From the NCBI GenBank assembly GCA_030295235.1, contig AP026137.1, positions 1 through 64,000 of the forward strand: 64,000 nucleotides of DNA. Reading direction: 5' to 3'. Below the pieces are notes generated by a model. The model was not told where the DNA came from. It was given only the letters and a program-made list of their open reading frames with translations, and made no database searches. How positions within the stretch are numbered: position 1 is the first letter of the stretch; each line of letters starts with the position of its first letter. Shown here piece after piece: positions 39,007 to 52,026 of this stretch. The stretch comes from Fistulifera solaris (taxonomy: Eukaryota). The position numbers were made by a program, and so were the translations under genes.

Positions 39007-40541
39007 TCATAAATTAATATGCTTTGTAACCTCCAAAGACTCATCTACATAATGTAGAAGCTCGTACAGCATGTCGGTATGATGGGATAACAGCAAAGCC
39101 GTGTATTGAAAGTTCGTCGAGGCGCCTTCTGTCAGAGCGGCTGCTACCAATAAGGACCGTAGCATTCTTAACACTCTTATCAAGCTTATTGATCCGCGAT
39201 AAATAGAATTCAATGCGTAAAGCTTCTCGATACTGGAGCCGTTCGAGGGCTTGCGATTTTTGCGATCCAATACAGTGATACAGCGATTGCGCAATAGCAG
39301 TCGCTCCAGCCAGAGATAGTGAGGGTCTTCTTTTTCGGATAGCGATCAATGAAGAACTGACGAAGACTTTTGTGTTTTTCCATAGCTTCGAATACATTCT
39401 GTAAGTAGGGATACCAATCGTAGGGGAAAGGAGTTCCTCTCAGGTCGAGACAGGATAGGTTTGGATTCGCTTCAATAGCACGAACCAGTGCTTCCGCCAT
39501 TAATGCCGTCTTTGCCGAACCTGCTGTTTCCAATATATCCCATCGCCGATGTAATCCCCTCTGCAATATCGACAAACCTAATTTCTCAAAATGACCCAAC
39601 TCGGCGAATCGCTTCAACAACGCCGTGGCAGTTGTAGTCCAGTCAGTTCCTTGATTGAACAAAATTCTCAAATGAAGGCGTTTTGGTGCAATGGAGAGAC
39701 CATCAAAGTACTCTGGCCGAAAACAGGCTTCGTCCATGCCATAGTCAAGCTCTTCTACTTTGGCCGAGAAAGGAAGAAAGACACTTTCCTCGTCAAGTGC
39801 ACATAGAGTGAGCTTTTCGATTTTGTTCTCGAGCTGCAGAAGTCGTTGCAGCGTATCTCGGTGAAAAGGACTTCCGTCGCTTTGGCATTGAATGTTTAGA
39901 TCACCAAAGGACGATGAACGCATTTCGAGTGCCTTAACGAATGCCGCTCCTTCATCTTCGAATCGAAACCCGTCGCAGGTCCTTGCCAGCAAATGTAAGT
40001 TAAGAGGATACGGTCGTGTAGCAAGGATAACGGATTGTTCAGAAGTCCAAGTTCTTGTTTGAATCTTCAGACGCCTAGTCGGATTCGAATCGAGGATACG
40101 AGCCAACTGTTCACCCTTGAAGGCAGACGCAACACAGTTGCAATCCTCGTTGCAGCTTATGCGAAGCACTGTAGCTTCAGTCTGCGGGAGCGACCAAAGG
40201 AAGGTCGCCGTCTCAGCAATCGCTGATGGCCTCTCCCCATAAATGGCACCTTTCAAAATCAACTGGCTACTTTGCTGACAAGTGATCGAAAAGCCAGCAC
40301 GTTGCGAACAGTACATTTTGCGATTGCTCACGTAAATAAAGGTCTCGTTCGCTTGCCAAATAGCGATGTTATCATATTGTCGCCAGTCGACCTCCTCAAA
40401 ATGCTTTGGCTCTCGCAACATACGACAAAGATGCATGTCATTTCCGAAGAAGAATACCTTTCGTAGTTCCTTTTGCCTCTCAGAAAGCTCCTCTTCCCGT
40501 ATGAGTTCAAAGATCGATGTATGGCTCTTTTCGTGTGACAT
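39007..40541 (-). CDS. Array family copy 19, single homopolymer frameshift near 39333 (likely intact)
   Basis: One extra A in the run at YPKK joins ORF 39210..40547 to EDPHYLWLERLLLRNR and the normal C-terminus. Confidence 0.7.
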
Positions 40542-40915
40542 CGGCACGTTTCAATTGCATCAGTTTGTTCCTTTGTGTTGCCTTGCAACGAAAAAAGCAG
40601 ACCCGTGTGTGAAAAAAAGCGATCGGAAATCGGAACGCAGAAAGATGTTGTGGCGATACGGCTGTGAGTACCGTAACGGTTTTTATTAAACCGTTTTGAA
40701 TAGTGATGCGACAGCAAAAATGAGGCATCATCCGTGTCTCGTCCGGAGAGACGATGTTTTACTGTACCTGGTAGTGTTTCAATAACTGGTAGCCGAGGAA
40801 TCGACTAACAATACGGAGATTGATGGTATTCTTTGTAAAGTGAAACCTTTCATGATCCAGAACAAAGCAGGAATAAGATGGACCGCTGTCTATTGTCCTG
40901 AACCTCACACACTTA

Positions 40916-42430
40916 TCAGATCAAATCGTCGATCCATTCAAGGAGCACATCGGTGTGGTCCGACAACAACAGAGCAATGTACTGGAAGTTCGTCGAGGCG
41001 CTCTCTACCAGCGTCGTTCCTATTAACGATGATCGCGAGAGCGGATGCTCTATGATCAGGTCCGCCGATCCGCGAAAGAAGTGATTCAGCGCATACATCT
41101 TGTCAATACTAGCTCCATTTGTGAACTTTTGATTCCAACTGCTCAGGACTATCATGTTGCGGTTCCGTGACAGTAAGCGCTCGAGCCACGAATAATTGGG
41201 ATCAGCCGTGCGTGGATAAGTTTCTATCTTGAACAAGCAAAGACTTGAGTGATCTTCCATTGCTTGAAAGACATTTCGCAAGTAGGGACCCAAATCCGGT
41301 GGAAACGAAGTACCACTCAAGTCTAAACAAGAAAGCCTTGGATTGGCTGCAATGGCGTTGACAAGTGCGTCCGCCACTAAATGGTGCTTCTTTGTTTTCA
41401 AATGTTCGAATTCATGTTGTCCCCTCTTCCAAATCGATATGCCTAATTTCGCAAAATGACCCAACTCGGCGACACGGTTCAGCAAAGAAATCAGCAGTAT
41501 TGTCCAGTCACTTTCATCATTCATGACAATCCGTAAGTCAAGATCCATCGGTGCAATAAAAAGACTATCGAAACTATTGAGCTGGAAGTATTTTTCATCC
41601 ATGCGGTAATCTAAAGCTTTCACCTTTGCCGACAAAGGAAGAAGAGCGCTTTCCTCGTCGAGTTCGCATAGTGTGAGTTTGTCGAACATGTTCTCAAGCT
41701 TAAAAAGCCGCTGCAAGCTGTGACGACAAAAAGGCAATCCATCGGTATTGCATTCAATGTCGAGCGATCCAAAAGGAGTGTGACGACGCCCGAGTGCACT
41801 CACAAAGGCTACGCCATCATCTTGAAAAGCAAATCCACTGCATCGAACGATTTTCAGAATGAGAGGATACGGCCGAGTTGCAAGAATAGTAGACTGCTCT
41901 ATACTCCAGCTTCCCGTCTGAAGTTCCAGGTGTCGTGATGGGTTTGCATCGAGGATACGAGCTAATTGTTCTGGCGACAGCGAAGAAAAGTCGAGAATGG
42001 ATCCTTCTTCGTCGTCTATAATGTATGAATTGACTCGCAATGATGTTATCGTGTTTGTGCGGTATTTGAGGGACAAGAAAAAGGTCGTAGTATCCGCAAT
42101 AGCCGTATGCGATTCCCCATGAATAAAGCAATTTAACACGAATCGTTCGCTTTCGTTGATTATAGAAAAGGTAGCAGGGCGCGTCTTGTACAACGCATCG
42201 TACCAGAGTAAAAAGAACGTTTCATTTTCACACCAGATCATAATTTCGTCATATTCCTCCCAGTCAATGTCTTCGAAATGCGTAGGCTTTCGCAACCATT
42301 GATAAAGATAAGGACATATGTAGTCGTCGCCGAAGAATTGCTTACGCAATTCCTTTTGCCTTGACGAAAGCTCCCTCTCGGGAATGCGTTTTAGGAAGAG
42401 TTCGTTGGTGATTGCTGACTGCACATTCAT
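40916..42430 (-). CDS. Array family copy 20, intact, ~504 aa (ORF stays open upstream to 42535)
   Basis: Uninterrupted ORF with all motifs but no basic tail. Start MNVQSAIT chosen by analogy to paralogues. Confidence 0.9.
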   Translation of the reverse strand: MNVQSAITNELFLKRIPERELSSRQKELRKQFFGDDYICPYLYQWLRKPTHFEDIDWEEYDEIMIWCENETFFLLWYDALYKTRPATFSIINESERFVLNCFIHGESHTAIADTTTFFLSLKYRTNTITSLRVNSYIIDDEEGSILDFSSLSPEQLARILDANPSRHLELQTGSWSIEQSTILATRPYPLILKIVRCSGFAFQDDGVAFVSALGRRHTPFGSLDIECNTDGLPFCRHSLQRLFKLENMFDKLTLCELDEESALLPLSAKVKALDYRMDEKYFQLNSFDSLFIAPMDLDLRIVMNDESDWTILLISLLNRVAELGHFAKLGISIWKRGQHEFEHLKTKKHHLVADALVNAIAANPRLSCLDLSGTSFPPDLGPYLRNVFQAMEDHSSLCLFKIETYPRTADPNYSWLERLLSRNRNMIVLSSWNQKFTNGASIDKMYALNHFFRGSADLIIEHPLSRSSLIGTTLVESASTNFQYIALLLSDHTDVLLEWIDDLI

Positions 42431-42814
42431 ATTTGCGAGACTCTGACCATGTAAAGTGTTGTTATTGTTTTGCTCAATAAAAAATGATTTTGCCCATGAA
42501 AACACAACATTCCCAGATTTTCTGGACGATGACACCTACTGTACGACAGCCTTGTATTTACTATCGTCAAAAGTGTAAGGTCAAACATTCACGACTGAAA
42601 CTCAGTCATGAATCAATATTCTTTATCGAGCGACAATACTGCCTACAATCTTCGTTAAGTAAAGTATGTTGATCTCTTTTTGTCTTTATTGCATTGAAAT
42701 AGGCTTTGGCAGCGTGTGTATAACATGTAATTATATTTTACGTCGAAGAGTCTTGCTAAACGTTGTCTTTCGTGATTTACTATGGATTGCAGAGAACTAA
42801 CGTCATGATCAAAG

Positions 42815-43230
42815 TTAACGGTTGATCCTGCTTGGATCCACCTTCTATGTAGCAGGAGACGACTGAAAACTCATTTTGCGTTTGGGCCTTCGAGATTCAA
42901 GAGAGCTTGAAAGATTAGAGACAGACAACTCTGATTCGTCTCCTACACGTCCTGCGTCATCGGTACTCTCTAACGTCAAACCATCTATTGACTCGCAAAG
43001 CTTATCAGCATGGTCCGCCAGCAGCAGGGCAGTGTATTGAAAGTTCGCTGACGAGCTTTCAGTCAGTGTTGTAGCGATTAAAGACAATCGCATTGTATCA
43101 CACTCTTTCAGAAGGCTGGATGATCCCCGATAGAAGGCATTCAGTGCATAAAGTCTGTCAATGCTGGAACCACTTGTGATCCTTTTGCCGCGAGAGTCTA
43201 TCAGTTCTATGTACCTATTGCGGGAGAGCA
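42815..43230 (-). pseudogene. Array family copy 21, 3' fragment
   Basis: LSRNRYIEL...FQYTALLLADHADKLCE...RPKRKMSFQ, most similar to copies 23 and 24. Confidence 0.82.
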
Positions 43231-43277
43231 TGGAAAACAAAAGACCTTAAAGGTGATTAGTCCATTGAATACGCGAG

Positions 43278-44872
43278 TCAAGCTCGTGCACGTTTCGACT
43301 CTGTCGCTCGCTTAACAGATGGAAGAGCGGTAGCCGACAAGGTGGGATCAGTATCTAGATTCACAGCATCCTAAAAACCACACAACACATCTGTATGATT
43401 CAACAATAGCAAGGCAGTGTATCGAAAATTTCCCAAAGCGCTACCAGCTAGCCATTGCCACCAAGCATGATCGCGACTCGATCGACTCCTCTTCAACAAG
43501 ATTGGCAGATCCGCAATAAAAGCGATTCAGAGCATACAACCGGTCAAGGCAGCAGTTATCGGTAATCAAGAAACCAAACGCGTTATGCACCGTGATGCGC
43601 CGGTTGCAATTCAACAACTTCCACAACCATTCATAGTAAGGGTCTTCAAATTTCGGGTAGTTCCGGATCAACAAAGTGCGCATACCTGGGTGCGTTTCCA
43701 GCGCACCAAACAGCAATTTCATGTAGGGATCCCAGTCCAGACAATACGAAGTGCCGCCGATATTGAGAAACTTCAATCGGGGGTTGGCTTAATCGCACCA
43801 ACCAAAGCTTCTGCGACACGAGCCGCCGCATCCCTGGCCAGTTCTCGGACCTGCCAGTTTCTGTCCTCCACACTAAATGTCAATTGCTCCAAATGACCCA
43901 ATTCGGCAAGACGATGAAAGAACGACACTGCCAGCGATCCCCAATCGTTGTCTTCTGGTTTGACAAACATTCTCAATTCGAGGTCTTTCGCCGGAATGAT
44001 CAATCCATCAAATGCCGTGGATGGAAGATCACACGCATTCACCACATACTCGAGTGCTTGTACTTTGGCGGTAAACGGGAGAATTGCTAGTTCTTTTCCA
44101 AGGAAGAAAGACTGAGCTTGTTCAAACAGTTCTCGAGTTGCAGCAGCTGTTCGAGATTGGCGGGACTGAGTGGCATTCCATCTTTGACAAAGGTCAGCTC
44201 GAGTGAACCAAAGGGCGCTTTGCCGTTCTTGTAGAGCTTGTACAAATCTAGTACCTTCATCCTGGAAGCAGAAATCGCCCCATTCCCCCCTGTGTCGAAA
44301 CCAGAGTCAGTTGAAGAGGATACGGACAGGTGGCGAGCACGACCGACAGTGTGGAATTCCAGACACCGGTTTGCAATCTGTAACGACGTCGGGGATTCGC
44401 ATCAAGGATACGAGCCAACTGTTCGGGTTGAAGCACAGTAAAGTCGAAACGAAGATGCGGTTCATCTTCTTTCGGGTAGCTTTCAGTGACGAAGTTGCGA
44501 CGTTCGAGCATCATCCTTGAGCGAAGCAAAGAAGGTCATCGTTTCCGCAATTGCCGCATCGGTGGTTCCATAAATAACACACTTTCTTTCCGAAGGAGAG
44601 TGTGGATCGATGGTCAAGTAAACCCGCTTGCCGGGAATATCACTATTTTGAATCGATGATTCCCCCAAACGCAGAACTGTATCATTCGGACGCCCAATCC
44701 CTAACAATTTCATCCCGTCAAACTCCTGAAGATGCGTCGGTTCTTGCAAGAAGCGATAAAGAGAAAGTCCGGATGCGTTCGTGAATGCTTGTTGCGGCAA
44801 AGTAAGCTCATTCAGCGGAATCAGCTCCAGGAGAGGATGATTCTCGGTTGTGCGCTGCGCGAGGCTATTCGT
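43278..44872 (-). pseudogene. Array family copy 22, frameshifts and stops, probable ATG-to-ACG start loss
   Basis: HPLLELIP, IYGTTDAAIAETMTFF, LATCPYPL, HRLAELGHLEQL, with in-frame stops near the C-terminus. Confidence 0.85.
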
Positions 44873-45200
44873 ACAACTTCGTTCTGCTACAGACGAACGA
44901 GAAGCAAAGAATCTTTTCCGCAAGCAAAAGAGGACACACAGAGAGGTAGAGCGTGTGTAGATTGACTGCAATGACTCGCTGAAAAGGAGAAAAATGATCC
45001 TTGAGGAAATGTTGAAGCAAAGACTCGAAGGAATTGGGAAGGCTTTTCAAGATCAAGCGATCTTGCTTCGTGTCGTCAGCCTTTCTTTTTCTCATGACGA
45101 AGCATAAACGATCTTCAAGTACGTCATGTTGCTGTGCGAAATGTGACAGTTCGATCATCCAATCAAGGTTGTAATAACAATCAAGTCGTTCACAGTTGAG

Positions 45201-46070
45201 TGTTGATCTGTGCTTTTGTAGAAAATGGAACTAACCTTACTGCGTCAAACTGACCGAAATTCTGTAAATTTATTGTCTGTCAGACAACAGAAATTCAAGT
45301 CAGTCTCGCTATTTTTCAGAGATCGAGCCGTTGACACGTCTCCAGAAAATGTGGGCGAGTGCAATGAGCTGGGCGAATGTAATTTTCACTTGTCTGTGAA
45401 TATTGGACTCATTAGACGATTAAAGGATCAAATTGAGAAGTTGTGGCTATAAGTTAGCGTCGTAAAATTCTAGTTGTTCGCTTTTCATCTCTTGGTCATT
45501 TCGGACGCTACGTCAGGGAATTCTGCAACTTATTTAGTCTCGGATTCCCTCACTCCCTCTTGAACTAGAGGGGAAAGGCAAACTATTTGTAAGTGAGACA
45601 CATGGATAGATGTGGTCTCCCTCTGAGGCGAGGGAGAGAGGAGGGAGTTCCCTCTGAAGAGGGCTTACCTCTGAGGACGGAGTACAGCTCCCTCTGAACG
45701 AGGGAAGACTTCGACTACCAACCAATGAGGCGGCGGCGAAGTGGTTGAAAGATGGAAGCAATGAGAGGCTTGGTGCCAATGTCGGCAAGCTGATCTTTGG
45801 TGTCGATCTTGGAAATAGTGATGGTGGTCCCAATGTGAGAGCGGAAGTGATGGTATTTGATATTGATGTGTTTGGTGCGTGGTTTCATGCGAGAGGCTTT
45901 GGAGAGCTCAATGGCACCGTTGTTATCTTCGAAAGCCGTGCAGTGGACAATAGGTTTGTCCCGAGAGGTTCGGCACGCGTTTTTGAAGTTCTTGGAAGAA
46001 ACGAAGGAGGACTAGAGTCGTCCGAAGGGATTGCAACAGACAGACGTACTCAGCTTCAGTAGTGCTTAAG
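45201..46070 (-). mobile_element. Truncated Ty1/copia LTR retrotransposon: RNase H end, polypurine tract and putative 3' LTR
   Basis: Minus strand 46070-45715 reads KLQTEITLSTTEAEY...FEDNNGAI...PRTKHINIKYHHFR...DQLADIGTKPL. TCAGAGG repeats follow, then polypurine tract AAGAGGGAG (45553-45561) and TG at 45552. The LTR end ...ATCAACA at 45201 is tentative. Confidence 0.9.
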
Positions 46071-46436
46071 GTGATCTCTGTTTGCAGTTTATTCATCGTT
46101 TATTTCTGCTTGCGTGTTCATCTGAAACGATTATTGTGTTCGTTAAAATAAGAAGAAGTTATCTGATGTCCAGTAGAATAAAAGTGTCGTTATGCGAGGC
46201 AAAAGCATGATGCAGTGAAATGGTCGTGACTGACATGCCGAATGCAAGTCGTGGGGAGATTATAGCCTACAGCTACAGCAGTTACGACTTATCTTGAACT
46301 GCTTTTTGTCAAAAAGTAGTGGTTAGCGAGTGATGAATCGATCAATATATTGGTTCACTCGAAGCAGCGTAACTATATCTTCTTCTTGTCGAAGAGACAA
46401 GAAATAGGTTGTAGTTTCCGCAAGAGCCGTATTCTG

Positions 46437-47110
46437 TGGGAATGAATTTCGACTGGTCCAGAATTCCTGGACCACCACAGATTTTCTATAGGAATGCAAT
46501 TGAACTGGTCCAGACTATCTAGACCACTGCAAATTTTATGTAAGAATGAAATTCAACTGGTCCAGAATTTCTTGACCACTGCAAATTTTCTGCAATGAAT
46601 GTAATTCAACTGGTCCAGAATTTCTGGACCTCCGCAGATTTTTCGTAAGAATGAAATTGAACTGGTCCAGAATATCTGGACCACCGCAGATTTTCTGTAA
46701 GAATGAGAATTCAACTGGTCCAGAATATCTGGACCACTGCAAATTTTCTGTAAGAATGAAATTGAACTGGTCCAGAATATCTGGACCAACGCAGATTTTC
46801 TGTAAGAATGAAATTCAACTGTTCCAGAATTTCTGGACCACCGCTGATTTTCTGTACGAATGAAATTCAACTGGTCCAGAATTTCTGGACCACCGCAGAT
46901 TTTCTGAAAGAATGAGAATTTAACTGGTCCAGAATTTCTGGACCACCACAGATTTTATGTACTAGGTAAAATGAATTTCAACTGGTCCAGAATTTCTTGA
47001 CTATCGCAGATTCTCTGTACATTAGGAAACAAATCCAACTGGTCCAGAATTTCTGGACCACCGCAAATTTTCTGTAGGAATTGGAAGCCAGAAAATAAAA
47101 ACTGGTCGGA
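46437..47110. repeat. Satellite B: about 13 copies of a 52-53 bp unit
   Basis: Unit approximately GAATGAAATTCAACTGGTCCAGAATTTCTGGACCACCGCAGATTTTCTGTAA. ACTGGTCC-like starts at 46452, 46504, 46556, 46609, 46661, 46714, 46766, 46818, 46870, 46923, 46981, 47038 and 47101. Confidence 0.95.
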
Positions 47111-47368
47111 CACCTGGTATAGCACTCGACGTCGTTTACAGCTAGGGTTTTTTTCGGCGGAACGCGATTGCCAGCTAATATAGGTGAGAAGATGATTATC
47201 TTCGATTTCTATGGAGTACAACTAAAATAGATTTGATTACGATCGAGATGCGAAAGCATCTAGTCGGAGCTACGACTATCGAATATTCGTCTGTTAGTTT
47301 CTTGCCAGCTTCGTTTAAAAATGCAAGATGGCGCATGAGCAAAGACAATAAATGAATAGGCGAATTGA

Positions 47369-49007
47369 TTAGGCGCGTGTATCTGAAGCAACCTTCTTTG
47401 TGGAAGTAGTCGACTGGAAGGACGATTTGCGTTTTGGCATTTCAGAGCAAAGCGAGTCGAAAGGCGCAGCGACAGGTGACGCATATTCTTCCATCGCTTG
47501 TCCTGCATCATCAACACTTTCCAACGTGAAACCATCTAGCAATTCACACATCTTGTCAGCATGGTTGGCCAGCAACAGAGCAGTGTATTGAAAGTTCGCC
47601 GAAGAGCTTTCTGTCAGTGCCGATCCTACGAGCGATGATCGCAGTGAATCAGGCTCTTTCTGAAGGCTGGTAGATCCCCGATAGAAGGCATTCAGTGCAT
47701 ACAGTTTGTCAATACTGGAGCCCTTTGTAAATCTCTGGCCGCAAGAGTCCATTATTTTGATGTACCTATTACGGGAAAGCAGTCGCTCGAGTGTGGCATA
47801 GTAACCAACGCATGAACAGTTCCAAGGTCGCTCGATTTTTATTGTAAGTAGTAGCCCAGTGTTCTCTTCCAAGGAATCAAGAATATTCATCAAATTTGAT
47901 GCTGTTTCGGACAGGTGCCAAACGCCCCCAAATCAACGTGTGTCAGATTTTTATTGGCGTTAATGACACGGATCAGTTCTTCAGTGACCAGCGTCAAATT
48001 TGAGAGAGGGCGGCAGCTATTGGCCGAGCCACCTATTTCGAACTTTAATTTTTCAAAATGCCCCAACACGGCCAATCGATTCAAGAAAGAAATCAATGTA
48101 GCATCCCAATTTTCACCCGATCCGAATGCGCATAACTTAACAGTTAAATCTGTTGCTTCAATTTCAAGTTTCTCGAAATCTTGTGGATGAACGCTATCTA
48201 CGTCGATAACGTAGTTGAGAGCCTTCACCTTGGCAGATAAAGGTAAAAGTGCAACTTCTCGGTCTAAGGCTGAAAGATTCAGATTTTCAAACATGTTCTC
48301 GAGTTTTAACAGCCTTGTCATGTTCTGGTTGTTGAAGTGTAGCTCGTGTGCAGAACACTGTAAGGAGAGAGACCCGAAACAAGACCTCCGCCTCTGGAGG
48401 GCGTCGACGAATGCCTTTCCGCCGTCTCTAAAGAGACGTACACGAAACGAACTTTTTATGATATCCAATTTTAAAGGAAAAGTCCTCGTTGCAAGTACTG
48501 TAGATTGTCTCGCATTGAAGGTAACATCAGCAAACTGGATCTCCCTCATCGGGTTAGCATCCAATATTTGCACCAGTTGTTGTGGTGTGACGGCACCAAA
48601 GTGAAACATTTTGCGAAACCAATCCTTAGTCGATAGAATTTTATGTTTTCTCCTTTGGGGTGCTTGAGCGAGCAGATAAATGTGATTGTTTCGGCGATCG
48701 TCTCATTTTTTAGACCAAAAATTTGGCCTCCTACGGTCTTTGAATTACCGACTCCTTCTATCCCAAAGCTAATTTTTCGTCCCTCGTAGTGCCCCGAGAA
48801 CCGACCGCCTATGCAAATGATGGTGGCGTTCTCCCGCCAGATAATAATGCTGTCATATTTGCCCCAATTTATGTCGCTGAGATGAGTCGGTTCGCGCACA
48901 AGCCTGTAAATGGGGGCATCCTCGTCACGTCTATACTCGCCGGGTCGAAAGAAGTTCAGTTCTGCCGGTAGTTTATTTTTAGGGATTAGCGCAAGTATCT
49001 CCGCCAT
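47369..49007 (-). pseudogene. Array family copy 23, two homopolymer frameshifts (may be intact)
   Basis: ORFs 48546..49007, 47890..48609 and 47369..47893 tile the full protein. Tail MPKRKSSFQSTTSTKK. Confidence 0.75.
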
Positions 49008-49443
49008 TGTTGTTATGACTTCTTTTGTGTTTTTAAAATAGTCTATGATTAACGAAGAAGGTTGGCAATAATACTGGTAATGGTGGTAAATAATGCAGTT
49101 CTAGTTTTAGCAGATTTCGCTCCTTTTGCATCAAGTGCACTGACTACGGTAAGCATAAGGTTATACTTGTAGCACTTTCAGGGTATAGCAATTATTTGTC
49201 GCTCCGGTACTTGACGCTAAGGTTTATTAGGCGGAAGTCGTACCAGATAGTACAGTACCAGTAAGTGAATATCTCCAATTTCTAAGGGGACCATAACTAC
49301 AGTAAATCTAGTTATGATTCACTTTCAAAAGCATCAAGTCGTAGCTATGACTATCGAATATTTCTTTGTTAGATTCTTGCCAGCTTCGCTCAAAAATGCA
49401 AGATGGGGCATGAGAAAAGAAAATGAATGAATAGGCGGATTGA

Positions 49444-51071
49444 TTAGGCGCGTGTATCTGAAGCAACCTTCTTTGTAGAAGAAGACGACTGGAAGGACAA
49501 TTTGCGTTTTTCATTTCATTGCGAAGCTAATCGGAAGGCGCAGCGACAGGTGACGCTAATTCTTCCACCGCTTGTCCTGCATCGTCAACACTTTCCAACG
49601 TGAAACCATCTAGCAATTCACACAGCTTGTCAGCGTGGTCGGCCAGCAACAGAGCAGTGTATTGAAAGTTCGCCAAAGAGCTTTCTGTCAGTGTCGTTAC
49701 TACGAGAGACGATCGCAGTGAATCAGAATCTTTCACGAGGCTCGATGATCCCCGATAGAAGTCATGCAGCGCATACAATTTTTCGATACTGGAACCATTT
49801 GTGATCCTTTTGCCCTGAGAATTCACCACTTCGATATTCTGATTGCGTAAAAGTAACCACTCTAATGCAGAGTAGTCATCTGGACGTACATACTCTGGTG
49901 GGTACTGAACACAAATTGTGCGAAGTAGCCCGGTATTCTCTTCCAGTGCCTGAAAAATATTCTCTAAATGTGGTGCTTCTTCGAACAGGTACTGAACGCC
50001 CCCAAATCAATGTGTGTCAGGTTTTTATTGGCTTTCATGACGCGGATCAGTGCTTCGGTGATCGGAGTCAGTTTCAAGAAACGAGTGTCACCGAACGCAA
50101 ATTTCAACTGCTCAAAGTGACCCAATTCAGCCACCCGATCCAGAAAGGAGATCAAACGATCAGTCGAATCCCCATTCGGTCCAAGTGAATGTATGCAAAC
50201 GGCAAGATCTTTTGCAGCAATATCAAGTTGATCAAAAGAACCGGTCTGAACATTTCGGAAGTCGATAAAGTAGTCTAAGGATTGTACTTTGGCCGAGAGC
50301 GGAAGAAGGGCACAGTCTGCGGCTACCTGGGAAAGCTTTAGAGATTCAAATTTGTCCTCGAGTCTTGTAAGCCTTGCCAGCGCATGGCTGTTCAAAGGCA
50401 GCGTTCTTCCATAGCAGGAAAATTTGAGATTTCCAAACGGGGACTGCCGTTCTTGAATCGCGTCGATGAATGCCGTCCCGCCGTCTTTGAACGCCAAACG
50501 GCGTTCCAAGTCATCAGTCAACTTTAGTTTCAAGGGAAATGGTCTTGTTGCGAGTTTGATGGATTGCTTTTCGTTGAAGATAAGCCCTACCAGATTGACC
50601 TCCTGCGTCGGATTGGCGTCCAATATCTGAGCCAGTTGCTGCGGTTGAAAAGCCTCACAATCAAAGTTCTGTCCGTTAGCGATAATAAGGCTATAAAACT
50701 CCTCGTTCTTTTCTACAACACGTTTGAGGGGAGCAGAAAAGGGTGGCCGTTTCGGCAATTGCCTTGTTGTCTCTGCCGTAAACAGTGAAGAATAGATTTT
50801 TGGGTGCTTCGCCGGACCTGGAAATTGCAAAAGCGACATTTCGTTCCTCATACTGCCCGTACAAACGAGAGCCTACGCAAACAACAGTCTCGTTATCCCG
50901 CCAGATGCATAGATTGCCATAGTTTTCCCAATCAACGTCGTGCAAATGAGTCGGTTCGCGCAAAAACTTGTAAAGAGGCACATCCTCTTCACGTCTATGA
51001 ACGAAAAGTCGAAAGGCTTCCAGTTGTTCCGGCACTTTATCGCTAGGGATAAATTCAAGGATCTCCTTCAT
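49444..51071 (-). pseudogene. Array family copy 24, frameshifts plus a late stop; close paralogue of copy 23
   Basis: ORFs 50691..51071, 49964..50851 and 49527..49829. The 3' end and downstream flank align with 47270-47700. Confidence 0.82.
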
Positions 51072-52026
51072 AGCTTTCTTTTGTTGTAGATTGCGCTTTT
51101 GCTAGATTACAAATGAATCATTCGTTATCATGAAGAATGAAAAAAAGGACGACGATGCAGAATGCAGCAAGGAATAAATGCAGCAAAATGCAAAATTCAA
51201 GCAACAAAACGTCTGTCCGTCGACAACTTCTAAAGCACTATAAACTTTAGTGTATACGACGTTTTCACGTGACAGGCATTTCATTCATGAATCAAGAAAG
51301 ATGCGATCTATGAATATGTTAGATTTTCTACCGCGGTCTGTACTGTTTCCGGCTATCCAGGATCTTCACCTCAGACGGAAAAACTATTGAAGGCAACTAA
51401 CTGCTCTCAAACAACACTTTACAGATTAATGGCGAAGCCAACTACAAACTAGAATTCACCCATTTCCTCCTGATTCTCGTCTCCGAATCGTATCAAATCT
51501 CCATCCAAGATCGCCCCGAGAATCTTTACTAAATCTTTAATGAATCCTCCCTCGAATATATAGCTCCACCTAACCAGTGATCATATATCTCATCATGCAA
51601 ACACAATCTTCGAATATCCATGGTAATCCCACAACCAGATTCGGGAATCTACCGTTCCATAAAACAAACACTTGAATCTCTCTTGTCGTATCTCTGCCAG
51701 TCCGACACTCACTCGGGACTCGAACGACTTCGATTCTTGACATGAATATACTGGTAAGCTTTTATGGAGTAATTCCTAGAAGTGGTTGTGATGCTTCGAC
51801 ACTTATATTCTTTGTGCTAATTAACACATAATACCCTAAGAAGTTTTCTCTGATAACACGAGGGCAGAAAAGAGTGCACAGCAGCGCAGCTTCAAATCGA
51901 CGACGGACCGTTAAGATCGAAGGTCGAATCAATAGGGTCCTGTGCTCAAGAAATACAAGTATGATCCGCACAAAGAAGATACGAACCATGCAAAAAGCTG
52001 CATCTAGCGTCTTTAGTATACTCTCG

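Noticed and set aside
46437..47110. CRISPR array or protein-coding repeat
   Set aside because: Whole units are near-identical with no unique spacers. The overlapping short ORFs on both strands are by-products of the repeat.
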